A stretch of 64,000 nt of DNA from Clostridia bacterium (GCA_017473345.1 JAFULL010000042.1:1159-65158), one strand, 5' to 3'. Shown: positions 1 through 9,698, numbered from the stretch's first letter. The notes: generated from the letters alone by a model not told the origin. Numbers and translations: made by a program.

Positions 1-485
1 CTCAGGCTGCGCGCGAGGAAACGCGTTACGCGTTTTGGAAGGATTCGTCTGCCTTTGATCGAAAACTGCTGGAAGAACTGACAAAAAAGCTGCCATCAGA
101 AATGATGCTGCGCGTGTTTGACAGCGAACTGTACGCCCTTGCCATGCAGGAAAGCTGGTCGCGCGATTTCTGTTCGCAGTTTTCCTCCTGTGAGGACTTT
201 CTGCAAAACGGCGTAGCCGTAGGCGCTTTGCAGGATGGCCGTCTGATTGGCGGAGCGGGTACCTACATCGCTTATGAAGGCGGCATCGAGGTCGAAGTCG
301 ATACGCATGAGGATTTCCGCGGGCAGGGCATTGCCACAGCGTGCAGCGCGCGGCTCATTCTGGAATGCATGGACAGGGGTCTGTATCCCAGCTGGGATGC
401 GGCAAATCTGATCTCTGTGCGTCTGGCGCAAAAACTGGGGTATCGTCTGAAAGGACCGTATGCCGTATGGCATATCAACGAGTGA
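1..485 (+). CDS. GNAT family N-acetyltransferase, 5' end outside window
   Basis: The frame of track ORF 102..485 stays open back to the window edge (..KKLPSEMMLRVFDSELY..). The C-terminal part has a GNAT-like acetyl-CoA loop (HEDFRGQGIATAC). Confidence 0.6.
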   Translation, partial: QAAREETRYAFWKDSSAFDRKLLEELTKKLPSEMMLRVFDSELYALAMQESWSRDFCSQFSSCEDFLQNGVAVGALQDGRLIGGAGTYIAYEGGIEVEVDTHEDFRGQGIATACSARLILECMDRGLYPSWDAANLISVRLAQKLGYRLKGPYAVWHINE

Positions 486-512
486 ACACAATGGCTTCGG
501 AGGAATACGAAC

Positions 513-1919
513 ATGGCATGGTCGCTGAAGAAGAAAAAAGCTGACTATCTTGAAAACAGCATCACTGAAGGCGTGATCTGGAAAACGCTTTTGTCGTTTT
601 TCTTTCCCATTCTGCTGGGCACATTCTTTCAGCAGATGTACAATACGGTCGACGCGATCATTGTCGGCAAATTTGTCGGTAAGGAGGCGCTGGCGGCGGT
701 CGGCGGCACGACGGGCAGCATTATCAACCTGATCGTGGGCTTCTTCACTGGTTTGGCGTCGGGCGCGACGGTCATCCTGTCGCAGTACTACGGCGGCCGC
801 AAGTACAAAGAAGTGGGGCAGACGGTGCACACGGCCTTTGCCATGGCCATTGCGGGCGGGCTGCTGATCATGGCGTTTGGCCTTGTGATGGCTCCTGCAA
901 TGCTGCGCATGCTGGATACGCCCGAGGATATTATGGCGTATTCGCTGCGCTATCTGCGCATTTACTTTGCGGGTATGGTGCCGTCGCTGATTTACAACAT
1001 TGGCTCCGGCCTGCTGCGCGCGGTGGGTGATTCGCGCCGTCCGCTGTTTTTCCTGATCATTGCATGCATGACCAATGTGGTGCTGGACGTAGTGTTTGTC
1101 GTTGGTTTGGAGATGCACGTGGCAGGCGCTGCGCTGGCAACCATTCTGTCGCAGCTGGTCAGCGCTGTTCTTGTAAGCGTTACGCTGATGCGGTCCGGCA
1201 CGGCTTACCGGCTTGAATTGAAGAAGATCCGTTTTCACGCAGAGCAGCTCAAGCGTATCGTTACCATTGGCCTGCCTGCCGGTTTGCAGTCCATGGCGTA
1301 TTCCGTTTCCAATGCCATCGTGCAGACCAGCATCAACGGCTTTGGCACCGATGTGGTGGCCGCCTACACGGCCTACGGCAAGCTGGATGCCTTCAACTGG
1401 ATGCTGCAGGGTGCGTTTGGCGTGTCCATCACCACGTTTGCAGGCCAGAACTTTGGTGCGCGCCAGTATGAACGCGTCAAAAAGGGCGTGCGTGTCTGTC
1501 TGGCAATGTCGGCAGCGGCAACGCTTGTGCTGAGCGGCTTCCTGCTGCTGACGGGCGAAACGCTCTACAGGCTGTTTACCGATGATCCGGTGGTTGTTGA
1601 ACTGGGCATGAAGATGCTCAAACTGCTGGCACCTGTGTTTGTGCTGTATGTCTGCATTGAGATCTTCTCCGGCGCTCTGCGAGGCGCAGGCGACTCCGTG
1701 CGTCCCACGATCATCACCCTCAGCGGCGTGTGCGCGCTGCGTATGCTCTGGCTGCTGGTGATCGTGCCCATGAACCGCACGCTGGATATGGTGCTGTACT
1801 GCTATCCGCTTACGTGGACGGTCACGTCGCTGTTGTTTGTGCTGTACTATTACAGAAGCGGCTGGATGAAACGCTGCATTCACAAAGCCGGTCTGGACAG
1901 GCCGCTGGAAGAAAACTGA
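513..1919 (+). CDS. MATE family efflux transporter
   Basis: 468 aa, about 12 hydrophobic segments. MATE-type N-terminus (LLSFFFPILLGTFFQQMYNTVDAIIVGKFVGKEALAAVG). GGAGG lies 10 nt upstream of the ATG. Confidence 0.85.
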   Translation: MAWSLKKKKADYLENSITEGVIWKTLLSFFFPILLGTFFQQMYNTVDAIIVGKFVGKEALAAVGGTTGSIINLIVGFFTGLASGATVILSQYYGGRKYKEVGQTVHTAFAMAIAGGLLIMAFGLVMAPAMLRMLDTPEDIMAYSLRYLRIYFAGMVPSLIYNIGSGLLRAVGDSRRPLFFLIIACMTNVVLDVVFVVGLEMHVAGAALATILSQLVSAVLVSVTLMRSGTAYRLELKKIRFHAEQLKRIVTIGLPAGLQSMAYSVSNAIVQTSINGFGTDVVAAYTAYGKLDAFNWMLQGAFGVSITTFAGQNFGARQYERVKKGVRVCLAMSAAATLVLSGFLLLTGETLYRLFTDDPVVVELGMKMLKLLAPVFVLYVCIEIFSGALRGAGDSVRPTIITLSGVCALRMLWLLVIVPMNRTLDMVLYCYPLTWTVTSLLFVLYYYRSGWMKRCIHKAGLDRPLEEN

Positions 1920-1921
1920 AA

Positions 1922-1968
1922 ACACATCAAAGCCGGATGACAGTCAGTGTCATCCGGTTTTGATGTGT
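1922..1968 (+). terminator. Rho-independent terminator after the MATE gene
   Basis: Near-perfect inverted repeat acacatcaaagccggatgaca / tgtcatccggttttgatgtgt with 5-nt loop gtcag. The GC core stem is followed by TTTT. Confidence 0.75.
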
Positions 1969-2029
1969 GAAAAACCATTTCAAAACCGTTTCACAAACCT
2001 GAATAAACATGCGCGTTGGTACATCTGGA

Positions 2030-2058
2030 TTGACTTTCCAATGGCCTGCATATATAAT
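2030..2058 (+). promoter_or_regulatory. Sigma-70/SigA-type promoter for the ABC importer operon
   Basis: TTGACT (2030-2035), 17-nt spacer, TATAAT (2053-2058). This leaves a roughly 100-nt leader before the GTG at 2161. Confidence 0.6.
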
Positions 2059-2160
2059 AAATATGTTATCAGGTGTACCGTGTCCTAATAAAGAGGATAA
2101 ACATTGAAGCCGCTGTTCTCAAATGGCCGCAGCTTCGCAATACATGGGAGGAAACTGCTG

Positions 2161-3272
2161 TGAGCGATCGCATTTCTATCCGTCATGCGCTGAAAAAGTA
2201 TGGCGAGAACGTTATCATTCCCGACTTGAACCTTGAAATCAAACAGGGTGAATTTTTCACGCTGCTGGGCCCCTCCGGCTGCGGCAAAACCACGCTTCTG
2301 CGCATGATCGCCGGTTTTAACTCCATCGAAGGCGGCGACTTTTATTTCAATGATACCCGTATCAACGACCTGGATCCTGCCAAGCGCAACATCGGCATGG
2401 TGTTCCAGAACTACGCCATCTTCCCGCACATGACCGTTCGCAAGAACGTTGAATTCGGCCTGAAGAACCGCAAGCTGTCCAAAGAGCAGATCAAGGTGCA
2501 GACCGACAAGTTCATGAAGCTGATGCACGTCGACGAATACGCCGACCGACTGCCTGAACGCTTGTCCGGCGGTCAGCAGCAGCGTGTGGCACTGGCCCGC
2601 GCGCTGTGCATCGAGCCTGACGTGCTGCTGTTTGACGAGCCTCTGTCCAACTTGGACGCCAAGCTGCGCGTGGAAATGCGCACCGTCATCAAAAATATTC
2701 AGCATAACGTCGGCATCACCACCGTGTACGTCACCCACGATCAGGAGGAGGCCATGGCCATCTCCGATCGCATCGCCGTTATGAATGCCGGCGTCATTCA
2801 GCATGTGGGCACGCCCAAGAACATCTACCAGCGCCCGGCCAATCTGTTTGTATCCACCTTCATTGGCCGCAGCAATGTGATGAATGCAAAGCTGGAAGTG
2901 GAAAACGGCAAGTGCTGGCTGGTCACCCCCAGCGGCTATAAGGCCGAGATGACCAACGTGCAGCCCAAGTACCAGAAGTCTCAGGATGTTGTGATGTCCG
3001 TGCGCCCTGAGGAACTGCTGCTTAACCGCGATGCGGATGCCGCCGGCATCACCGCCACGGTGGACGACTGCGTGTTCCTGGGTCTGATGACCCACTACTT
3101 CGTGCATCTGGAGTCTGGAGAGGAAGCCGAGATCATTCAGGAATCCTCCATCGACAGCATCATCGAGCCCGGCACGAAGATCACCCTCACCATCAATACC
3201 GACAAGGTCAACATCTTTACCGCCGACGGTTCGGCCAACATGCTGACCGGCGTTCAGAACGACTGCGAATGA
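2161..3272 (+). CDS. ABC transporter ATP-binding protein (PotA/FbpC-like, C-terminal TOBE-type domain)
   Basis: Walker A GPSGCGKTT, signature LSGGQQQR, Walker B LLFDEP. GTG start at 2161 is preferred (GGGAGG 8 nt upstream). The track start at 2073 adds an atypical N-terminal extension. Confidence 0.85.
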
Positions 3273-3285
3273 ACGGAGGCCGGTT

Positions 3286-4941
3286 ATGAAAAAAAGAAAG
3301 TATGACGAGTGGCTGTTTGTATCGCTGCTGCTGCTGACGCTGTTCGTGGTGTTCCTGCTGTTCCCGCTGGTGGGACTGCTCAAGCAGTCGGTGTTCAACG
3401 GCGACGGCCAGTTTACCTGGGATAACTTCAAGCGTTTCTTCACCTACACCAACGGCTATTACCTCAAGCCTCTTGGCAACAGCGTGAAGGTGACCATCGC
3501 AACCACGCTGGTATCGCTGCTGCTGGGTATCCCGATCGCCTATTTCTACTCCTTCTACAAGATCCGCGGCGCAAAGCTGCTGTTCGTTGTAGCCATCCTG
3601 TGCAGCATGTCGGCGCCCTTCATCGGCGCGTATTCGTGGGTGCTGCTGCTGGGCCGCAGCGGCGCCATCACCAAGTTCCTTTCCACTGTGCTTGGCTTTA
3701 AAATGCCAACCATCTACGGCTTTGGCGGCATTCTGCTGGTGCAGTCGCTCAAGTTTTTCCCGCTGGTGTTCATCTACATGAACGGCGCGTTCAAGAGCAT
3801 TGACAACACCCTGATGGAAGCCTCGGCCAACATGGGCTGCACGGGCGTGAAGAGGCTGATGCGCATTGTGCTGGCGCTGAGCATGCCCACCATTCTGGCC
3901 GCTGCGCTGATGGTGTTCATGCAGGCCTTTGCTGACTTTGGCACGCCCATGCTCATCGGCGAGGGCTATCAGACCTTCCCGGTCATGATCTACAACGCCT
4001 ATCTGGGCGAAGGCGGCGCAGACCGCAACTTCGCCGCCGCGCTGGCTGTAGTGGCCATCGTGATCACCGCCATTGTGTTCATCTTCCAGAAATGGGGCAC
4101 CAGCCGCTTCAAGTTCTCCATGAACGCGCTGCACCCCGTGGAAAAGAAGAAGGCTAAGGGTATTGGCGGCGTGCTGATGCACATCTACTGCTACCTGCTG
4201 GTGGGCATTGCCTTCATGCCGCAGCTGTATATCATCTACCTGTCCTTCTGCAACTACAAGGGCTCCATCCGTCAGGGCGGCTACGGCTTGGGCAACTATG
4301 TGCAGGCCAGCAAAAAGCTGCTGGAACGCTCCATCAACAACACGGCCATCATGGGCATCATCGCCCTGGCCATCATTGTGATCATCGCCGTTCTGATCGC
4401 CTATCTGGTGATGCGCCGCTCCAGCGTGCTCAATAACTCCATCGACACCATTTCGATGCTGCCCTACATCATGCCCGGCGCTGTTGTGGGCCTGAGCCTG
4501 CTGCTTGCCTTTGGCAAAAAGCCCATCGCTCTCACCGGCACCTTTGCCATCATGGTCATCTCCTTCGTCATCCGTCGTCTGCCGTACACTATCCGTTCGG
4601 CTACGGCCACGCTGATGCAGATCTCTCCCAGCATTGAGGAGGCCTCCATCAGTCTGGGTGCCTCCAAGGCAAAGACGTTTGTGAAAATCACTGTGCCCAT
4701 GATGGCCAACGGCATTCTCTCCGGCGCGATCCTCAGCTGGGTGGCCATCGTGACGGAGCTGTCCAGTTCCATCATTCTGTACAGCAACAAGTCCATTACG
4801 CTGACGATGTCCACCTATCTGGCTATCCTGCGCGGCAATGACGGCATCGCCGCTGCATTCGCCGCCATCCTCACGGTCGTGACCACGCTGTCGCTGCTTC
4901 TGTACCTGAAGGTCAGCAAGTCGGAAGACGTGAGACTGTAA
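3286..4941 (+). CDS. ABC transporter permease, fused double-module type (FbpB/ThiP-like)
   Basis: 551 aa and highly hydrophobic, with two repeated permease halves. It sits immediately downstream of the ATPase. Confidence 0.85.
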   Translation: MKKRKYDEWLFVSLLLLTLFVVFLLFPLVGLLKQSVFNGDGQFTWDNFKRFFTYTNGYYLKPLGNSVKVTIATTLVSLLLGIPIAYFYSFYKIRGAKLLFVVAILCSMSAPFIGAYSWVLLLGRSGAITKFLSTVLGFKMPTIYGFGGILLVQSLKFFPLVFIYMNGAFKSIDNTLMEASANMGCTGVKRLMRIVLALSMPTILAAALMVFMQAFADFGTPMLIGEGYQTFPVMIYNAYLGEGGADRNFAAALAVVAIVITAIVFIFQKWGTSRFKFSMNALHPVEKKKAKGIGGVLMHIYCYLLVGIAFMPQLYIIYLSFCNYKGSIRQGGYGLGNYVQASKKLLERSINNTAIMGIIALAIIVIIAVLIAYLVMRRSSVLNNSIDTISMLPYIMPGAVVGLSLLLAFGKKPIALTGTFAIMVISFVIRRLPYTIRSATATLMQISPSIEEASISLGASKAKTFVKITVPMMANGILSGAILSWVAIVTELSSSIILYSNKSITLTMSTYLAILRGNDGIAAAFAAILTVVTTLSLLLYLKVSKSEDVRL

Positions 4942-5003
4942 CACTCGGCTTTATTGCGGGGGAATCCGCAATAGGTATAAAAAATCCAAAAGGAGACACA
5001 AAC

Positions 5004-6023
5004 ATGAAGAAGATCCTGGCTCTGGTTCTCTCCCTGATGATGACCCTTGCGGTTTGCAGCGCCTACGCTGGCAGCGAAGTGCAGCTGTACTCCACCATGA
5101 CCGAGGCTGACCTCGACGCCCTGATCACCTGCTTCAACGAGAAGTATCCCGACATCGAAGTGATCGTCACCAACGGCTCCGCCGGTGAACTGACCACCCG
5201 TATCGCCGGTGAGGCCGGCAACCCCCAGGGCGACCTGGTTTGGGGCGGCATGGCTGACTCCGACGGTCAGGCTTACGCCGACATCTTTGAAGCCTGGGTT
5301 TCCGAGTATGACGCTCAGAACATCGAAGGCTACACCAGCCCCAACGGCCTGTACTCCATGGATCACCTGTCCACCGTCGTGTTCGTCGTCAACGAGGAAC
5401 TCGAGGCTGAACTGGGCCTGAACATCCAGAGCTACGAAGACCTGCTGGATCCCAAGCTGAAGGGCATGATCGCCACTGCCGACCCCAACAGCTCTTCCTC
5501 TGCCTGGAACAACCTGTCCAACATCATGGCCGTTTACGGCGCTGACAGCGAGGCTGCCTGGGCTTACATTGAAAAGCTCATGCCCAACCTGGTCGTGCTG
5601 GGCTCCTCCTCCGGCGTGTTCAAGAACACCCAGGCCGGCGAGTACGTCGTGGGCCTGACCTATGAAGACGGCGCTGTGGGCCTCATCCGTGACGGCGCTA
5701 CCAACATCCGTCTGCAGTATCCCACCAACGGCACCTCCGCTTCCGCTTTCGGCTGCGCTCTGATCAAGGGCGGCCCCAACCCTGAAAACGCCAAGCTGTT
5801 CATCGACTTCATCTGCTCCGCCGAAGGCCAGACCGCTCTGGCTGCCTATCAGCAGGGCACCCTGCGCTACACCAACGCTGGCTACAGCGTTCCCGCTGAT
5901 GCCTGGCTGAAGCCCTCCAGCGAGATCACCTGGGTCGTGCGCGACGTGAAGTACCTGACCGAAAACAAGACCGCCATTCTGGACCACTGGAACGCCCTGT
6001 GGGCTACCGTTACCGCCCAGTAA
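5004..6023 (+). CDS. ABC transporter substrate-binding lipoprotein (Fe3+/polyamine/thiamine-type SBP family)
   Basis: Signal peptide with lipobox (MMTLAVC|S). Size of 339 aa and sequence style fit cluster-D type SBPs. Strongly biased codon usage. Confidence 0.8.
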   Translation: MKKILALVLSLMMTLAVCSAYAGSEVQLYSTMTEADLDALITCFNEKYPDIEVIVTNGSAGELTTRIAGEAGNPQGDLVWGGMADSDGQAYADIFEAWVSEYDAQNIEGYTSPNGLYSMDHLSTVVFVVNEELEAELGLNIQSYEDLLDPKLKGMIATADPNSSSSAWNNLSNIMAVYGADSEAAWAYIEKLMPNLVVLGSSSGVFKNTQAGEYVVGLTYEDGAVGLIRDGATNIRLQYPTNGTSASAFGCALIKGGPNPENAKLFIDFICSAEGQTALAAYQQGTLRYTNAGYSVPADAWLKPSSEITWVVRDVKYLTENKTAILDHWNALWATVTAQ

Positions 6024-6061
6024 GGCAAAAAAAGAACGCCTCTATGGCATAAACCATAGGG

Positions 6062-6097
6062 CAGGAGGCAGTCGGCCAGCCGGCTGCCTCCTGTTTG
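6062..6097 (+). terminator. Rho-independent terminator or attenuator after the SBP gene
   Basis: Stem caggaggcagtcgg / ccggctgcctcctg (one mismatch), loop ccag, followed by TTTG. Confidence 0.65.
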
Positions 6098-6117
6098 TGA
6101 GTGAAGGAGTGCGCAAC

Positions 6118-7377
6118 ATGAATTTTGAAGAATTGCTCAAGGGCAGCGACTGTGGCTGCGGCATGCACCATACCTGCAGCATCAAGCACATCGTTATCGG
6201 CAAGAACGCCAACAAGAGCCTGGGCGGTCTGCTGGGCGGATACAACAAAATCCTTCTGGCGGCGGATATCAATACCTTTGCCACCTGCGGCGAGGAGATC
6301 AAGGCGCAGATCGGCGACAAGCTGGAAAGCCTGCTTGTTTATCAGCGCGACGGTCTGCTGATCCCCAACGAAGAAGCCGTTGAGGAAATGCAGGCCCTGC
6401 TGACCGAAGAGACTGACCTGATCATCGGCATAGGCTCCGGCGTGATTCAGGATACCTGCAAGTATGTCAGCCACAAGGCAAAGCTGCCGTATTACATCGT
6501 GGCGACTGCGCCTTCCATGGACGGCTATGCCTCTGTGGGCGCTGCCATGATCATGGGCGGCATGAAGGTGACCTATTCCGCCCATGTGCCGGAAGCGATC
6601 ATTGGCGATATTGACGTGCTCAAGGATGCGCCCATGGAGATGATCAAGTCCGGCTATGGCGACATTCTGGGCAAGTATTCCTGCCTCAACGACTGGAAGC
6701 TCAGTCGCGTGGTGCGCAATGAGTATTTCTGCCAGGAAGTATATGACCTGACCATGGACATGCTCGTCAAGACCCGCGATCTGGGGCCGGCGCTGCTCAG
6801 ACGCGAGCCTGAAGCCATTCAGACCCTGATGGAGGCGCTGGTGGGCGTGGGCATTGCCATGGCATTTGTGGGCAATTCCCGTCCTGCTTCCGGCAGCGAG
6901 CATCACCTGTCGCATTTCTTTGAAATCGTAGGCATCCTCAACGACGAGCCGTATTTCATGCATGGCATCGACGTAGTGTATTCCAGCATCTACACCCAGC
7001 AGATCCGCGAGAAGCTGCTGGCGATGGAAGCGCCTGCCACCCATGAAACCATGAGCCGTGAAGTGCGTGAAAAGCGCATTGGCGAGGTGTACACCGCCAT
7101 TTCGGACAGCGTGATCGCTCTGCAGAACAAGATGGGCTGGTACGACGAGGATCGCAGTGGCGTGTATGCTGAAAAGTGGCAGCAGATCCGCGAAGTGCTG
7201 GCTGAAGCGCCTTCTGTGGATGAGCTGCTGGGCTACCTGAAGAGCATCGAGCTGGATATCGCAAAGTTTGAGGAAATGTACGGCAAGGAAAAGATCGAGA
7301 CTGCGCTCTGCTTTGCCAAAGACCTGAAGGATCGCTATACGGTGCTTTGGATGTACTACGACCTGCTGGTCGGCTGA
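6118..7377 (+). CDS. sn-glycerol-1-phosphate dehydrogenase-like (AraM/EgsA family, iron-ADH/DHQS-like fold)
   Basis: Glycine-rich NAD loop IGIGSGVIQDTCKY and metal-ligand cluster SGSEHHLSHF. Length is about 420 aa. The ATG at 6118 has GAAGGAG 8 nt upstream. Confidence 0.7.
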   Translation: MNFEELLKGSDCGCGMHHTCSIKHIVIGKNANKSLGGLLGGYNKILLAADINTFATCGEEIKAQIGDKLESLLVYQRDGLLIPNEEAVEEMQALLTEETDLIIGIGSGVIQDTCKYVSHKAKLPYYIVATAPSMDGYASVGAAMIMGGMKVTYSAHVPEAIIGDIDVLKDAPMEMIKSGYGDILGKYSCLNDWKLSRVVRNEYFCQEVYDLTMDMLVKTRDLGPALLRREPEAIQTLMEALVGVGIAMAFVGNSRPASGSEHHLSHFFEIVGILNDEPYFMHGIDVVYSSIYTQQIREKLLAMEAPATHETMSREVREKRIGEVYTAISDSVIALQNKMGWYDEDRSGVYAEKWQQIREVLAEAPSVDELLGYLKSIELDIAKFEEMYGKEKIETALCFAKDLKDRYTVLWMYYDLLVG

Positions 7378-7388
7378 TGAGGTGTACG

Positions 7389-8117
7389 ATGGACAAAAGC
7401 AAGATCAAGGTCATTGCCATGGACCTGGATGGAACGCTGACCCAGCACAAGCAGCCGCTGTCTCCGGAGGCTCGCGCCACGCTGGAGGCACTGGCAAAGA
7501 AATACAAGCTGCTGATGGTGGGCGCCGGTCAGGTGATGCGCATCTTCAATCAGATGGAGCATTTTCCCATCGATATCATCGGCAACTATGGTCTGCAGTA
7601 CGCCACTTATAATGCCGAAACCGGCGAAATGGACGTGCAGCGCGACCTGACTCTGCCGCTTGGCGAAAAGGACGCGGTGGAGGCCAAGGTGTCGGCATTG
7701 CGCGAAAAGTATGGATATACCGAGTTCGCGGGCGACAATGTGGAGTATCATCCCTCCGGCTGCCTTACGTTCCCAGTACTGGGAACCAAAGCCCAGCAGG
7801 CGGACAAGCTGGCCTTTGACCCCGACCGCGTAAAGCGCCGCAAAATCTATGCCGAAGTTTGCGAAGCTTTCCCGGATTACTGTGTGTTTGTAGGCGGATC
7901 TTCGTCGTTTGACATGGCTCCCAAGCCCTATAACAAGTACTACGCGCTGGACCTGTATTGCAAAGAAAAGGGTCTTGCTCATGAAAATGTGCTGTTTATT
8001 GGCGACGACTACGGTACCGGCGGCAATGACGAGGCTGTGTATCTGTCGGATATCCCCTTCCTGTGCGTAGATGATTATACGCAGTTCCCCGCACTGGTAA
8101 GATTCCTGCTGGATTGA
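7389..8117 (+). CDS. HAD-IIB family hydrolase (sugar or polyol phosphatase-like)
   Basis: HAD motif I (IAMDLDGTLT) near the N-terminus and motif IV (GDDYGTGGNDEA). Start taken at MDKSKIKV. Confidence 0.75.
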   Translation: MDKSKIKVIAMDLDGTLTQHKQPLSPEARATLEALAKKYKLLMVGAGQVMRIFNQMEHFPIDIIGNYGLQYATYNAETGEMDVQRDLTLPLGEKDAVEAKVSALREKYGYTEFAGDNVEYHPSGCLTFPVLGTKAQQADKLAFDPDRVKRRKIYAEVCEAFPDYCVFVGGSSSFDMAPKPYNKYYALDLYCKEKGLAHENVLFIGDDYGTGGNDEAVYLSDIPFLCVDDYTQFPALVRFLLD

Positions 8118-8120
8118 GTA

Positions 8121-8156
8121 AAAACCGCCCCGATCTGTTTGGATCGGGGCGGTTTT
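8121..8156. terminator. Bidirectional terminator between convergent genes
   Basis: aaaaccgccccgatc / gatcggggcggtttt with loop tgtttg. A-tract and T-tract flank the stem. Confidence 0.8.
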
Positions 8157-9079
8157 CAGCGTTTTAGAGCCTGAAGCGTCAGTTCCTTAAAGAAACGAAG
8201 GCAGGTATCGTAGTCACACGGGTCATTGGCCTGATCAACCAGCACATGCCGGCAGGTAACTTCAGGATGAAACTGAACGCCTACAGCAAAGGCTTGATCA
8301 GTGCGTTCGACGGCTTCAACAACGGTCAGGCCATTGGCTGAGTGAACGCCTGTCACCTTCAGCGGGGTGTTTTCAAGCCTGGTCACCGCCTGATGATGCC
8401 ATGACGCGACGTTAGCCAAGCCTTCAGCTGCAACGATCCGTCCAAAATGAGAGAAAGGATCCGTTACCTCAACGTCATGTCTGGCGTGGTCGCGCCCGGA
8501 AACCGTTTCTGGCATGCGGTGCGTATCGTTGTAGATCAAACCGTTTGCCGCACATTCATTGCCGATATCCTGAATCAGGCTTCCGCCGGAAACAACAGTC
8601 AGCATTTGCATGCCGCGGCACACGGCCAGCAGGGGAATGTCATTATCCAGACAGTAGCTCATGAGCAGATAGTCCGAAACGTCGCGTGCGGCGCAGTAGG
8701 GTTCGCCGTTGTTGGAGGAAGGATGAGGAACTTCAAGCAGCGTTGGGCTGATGTCTTCACCGCCGGAGAAAAATACGGAGTCTACACCGTCCATCACACT
8801 TTGCACATCGGAACAGCGCCAGCCGTTTTGCCGTAACCGATCTGCCGATGGCAGATCAAGCATGCCATCCATGGGCGCATCCAATCCATCCAGGCGGACA
8901 GGGCCAAGCGGCACGGCTGATGCACCGGCTTCCCAGAGAATATATTCCCAGAAAAAATAGTTGGCTTCCATATCATCGCTGCGCCATGCGACGCCGATGA
9001 CAGGGCGTTCATCCGCTAAAACGACGATGGGGGAGAGCAGCAGGAGTGCCGTTAGCAGGAGGAGGAATATACGCTTCAT
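8156..9079 (-). CDS. Secreted class-I glutamine-amidotransferase-like peptidase C26 (gamma-glutamyl hydrolase / PuuD family)
   Basis: N-terminal signal peptide ([22 protein letters not shown]|DE). Nucleophile elbow LAVCRGMQ and His-Glu motif VQFHPE. Confidence 0.75.
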   Translation of the reverse strand: MKRIFLLLLTALLLLSPIVVLADERPVIGVAWRSDDMEANYFFWEYILWEAGASAVPLGPVRLDGLDAPMDGMLDLPSADRLRQNGWRCSDVQSVMDGVDSVFFSGGEDISPTLLEVPHPSSNNGEPYCAARDVSDYLLMSYCLDNDIPLLAVCRGMQMLTVVSGGSLIQDIGNECAANGLIYNDTHRMPETVSGRDHARHDVEVTDPFSHFGRIVAAEGLANVASWHHQAVTRLENTPLKVTGVHSANGLTVVEAVERTDQAFAVGVQFHPEVTCRHVLVDQANDPCDYDTCLRFFKELTLQALKR

Positions 9080-9495
9080 TTTTCTGCCCCTTCCTGCGGA
9101 TGAGTCGGCCGTACCAGGTCGGAGTGATAGGGGACCTTTCCGTCCAGCATGTCATCGTACCAGTGTATGCAGTAATCAATGTAGGCAAAGGTTTGATGGA
9201 TCTCATGGATGTGCTGCTCCAGATCATGACGCTTTTGCACAAGGATGGCCTTTCTTTGAGGGATGGTTTCTTTGCCCTGAGCGCAAAGATCAATAAACAT
9301 CCTTATCTGCTCATGATTCATACCGCATTTTTTCAGATCGAGCAGGCTTTGCAGCCATGCAATATCGTGATCGTCAAAAATGCGCCGGTTATTGGCGTCG
9401 CGCTTCACCGTGGGAAGCAGGCCCTGATTACAATAAAATTTCAGCGTTTCATAGTTCAGGTTCAGTTTGTTACAAACTTCTTTCATGGAATACAT
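9076..9495 (-). CDS. MerR family transcriptional regulator
   Basis: MerR HTH at the N-terminus (MYSMKEVCNKLNLNYETLKFYCNQGLL..RDANNRRIF), followed by a coiled-coil region. Its stop overlaps the C26 start in ATGA. Confidence 0.85.
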   Translation of the reverse strand: MYSMKEVCNKLNLNYETLKFYCNQGLLPTVKRDANNRRIFDDHDIAWLQSLLDLKKCGMNHEQIRMFIDLCAQGKETIPQRKAILVQKRHDLEQHIHEIHQTFAYIDYCIHWYDDMLDGKVPYHSDLVRPTHPQEGAEK

Positions 9496-9536
9496 TGCAA
9501 AAACCTCATTGTTTTTTTGACTTTTTATCCATTTAC

Positions 9537-9551
9537 CGGTAGCGACTACCG
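9537..9551. promoter_or_regulatory. Perfect 6-3-6 palindrome, candidate operator in the merR 5' region
   Basis: CGGTAG-CGA-CTACCG. It lies just downstream of the candidate merR promoter. Confidence 0.35.
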
Positions 9552-9565
9552 AATGCTATACTGCT

Positions 9566-9594
9566 ATTGTAATCGTTTGTTCGTTCATACGCAA
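9566..9594 (-). promoter_or_regulatory. Candidate promoter of the merR-C26 operon
   Basis: On the minus strand: TTGCGT, 17 nt, TACAAT. Confidence 0.4.
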
Positions 9595-9698
9595 GCATAT
9601 TTGTACGCTTTTTCAATTTGACAGCTTTCGGCAGCAATTGATGATAGTTTACAAAATGTTTACGTTTTCACAAATGTGATGGACGGGTGACGAAACTG

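Noticed and set aside
2073-2160. N-terminal extension of the ABC ATPase from the track start at 2073 (MYRVLIKRINIEAAVLKWPQLRNTWEETA).
   Set aside because: The extension begins within 15 nt of the -10 box, has no RBS, and is unlike ABC ATPase N-termini. The GTG at 2161 has a GGGAGG RBS.
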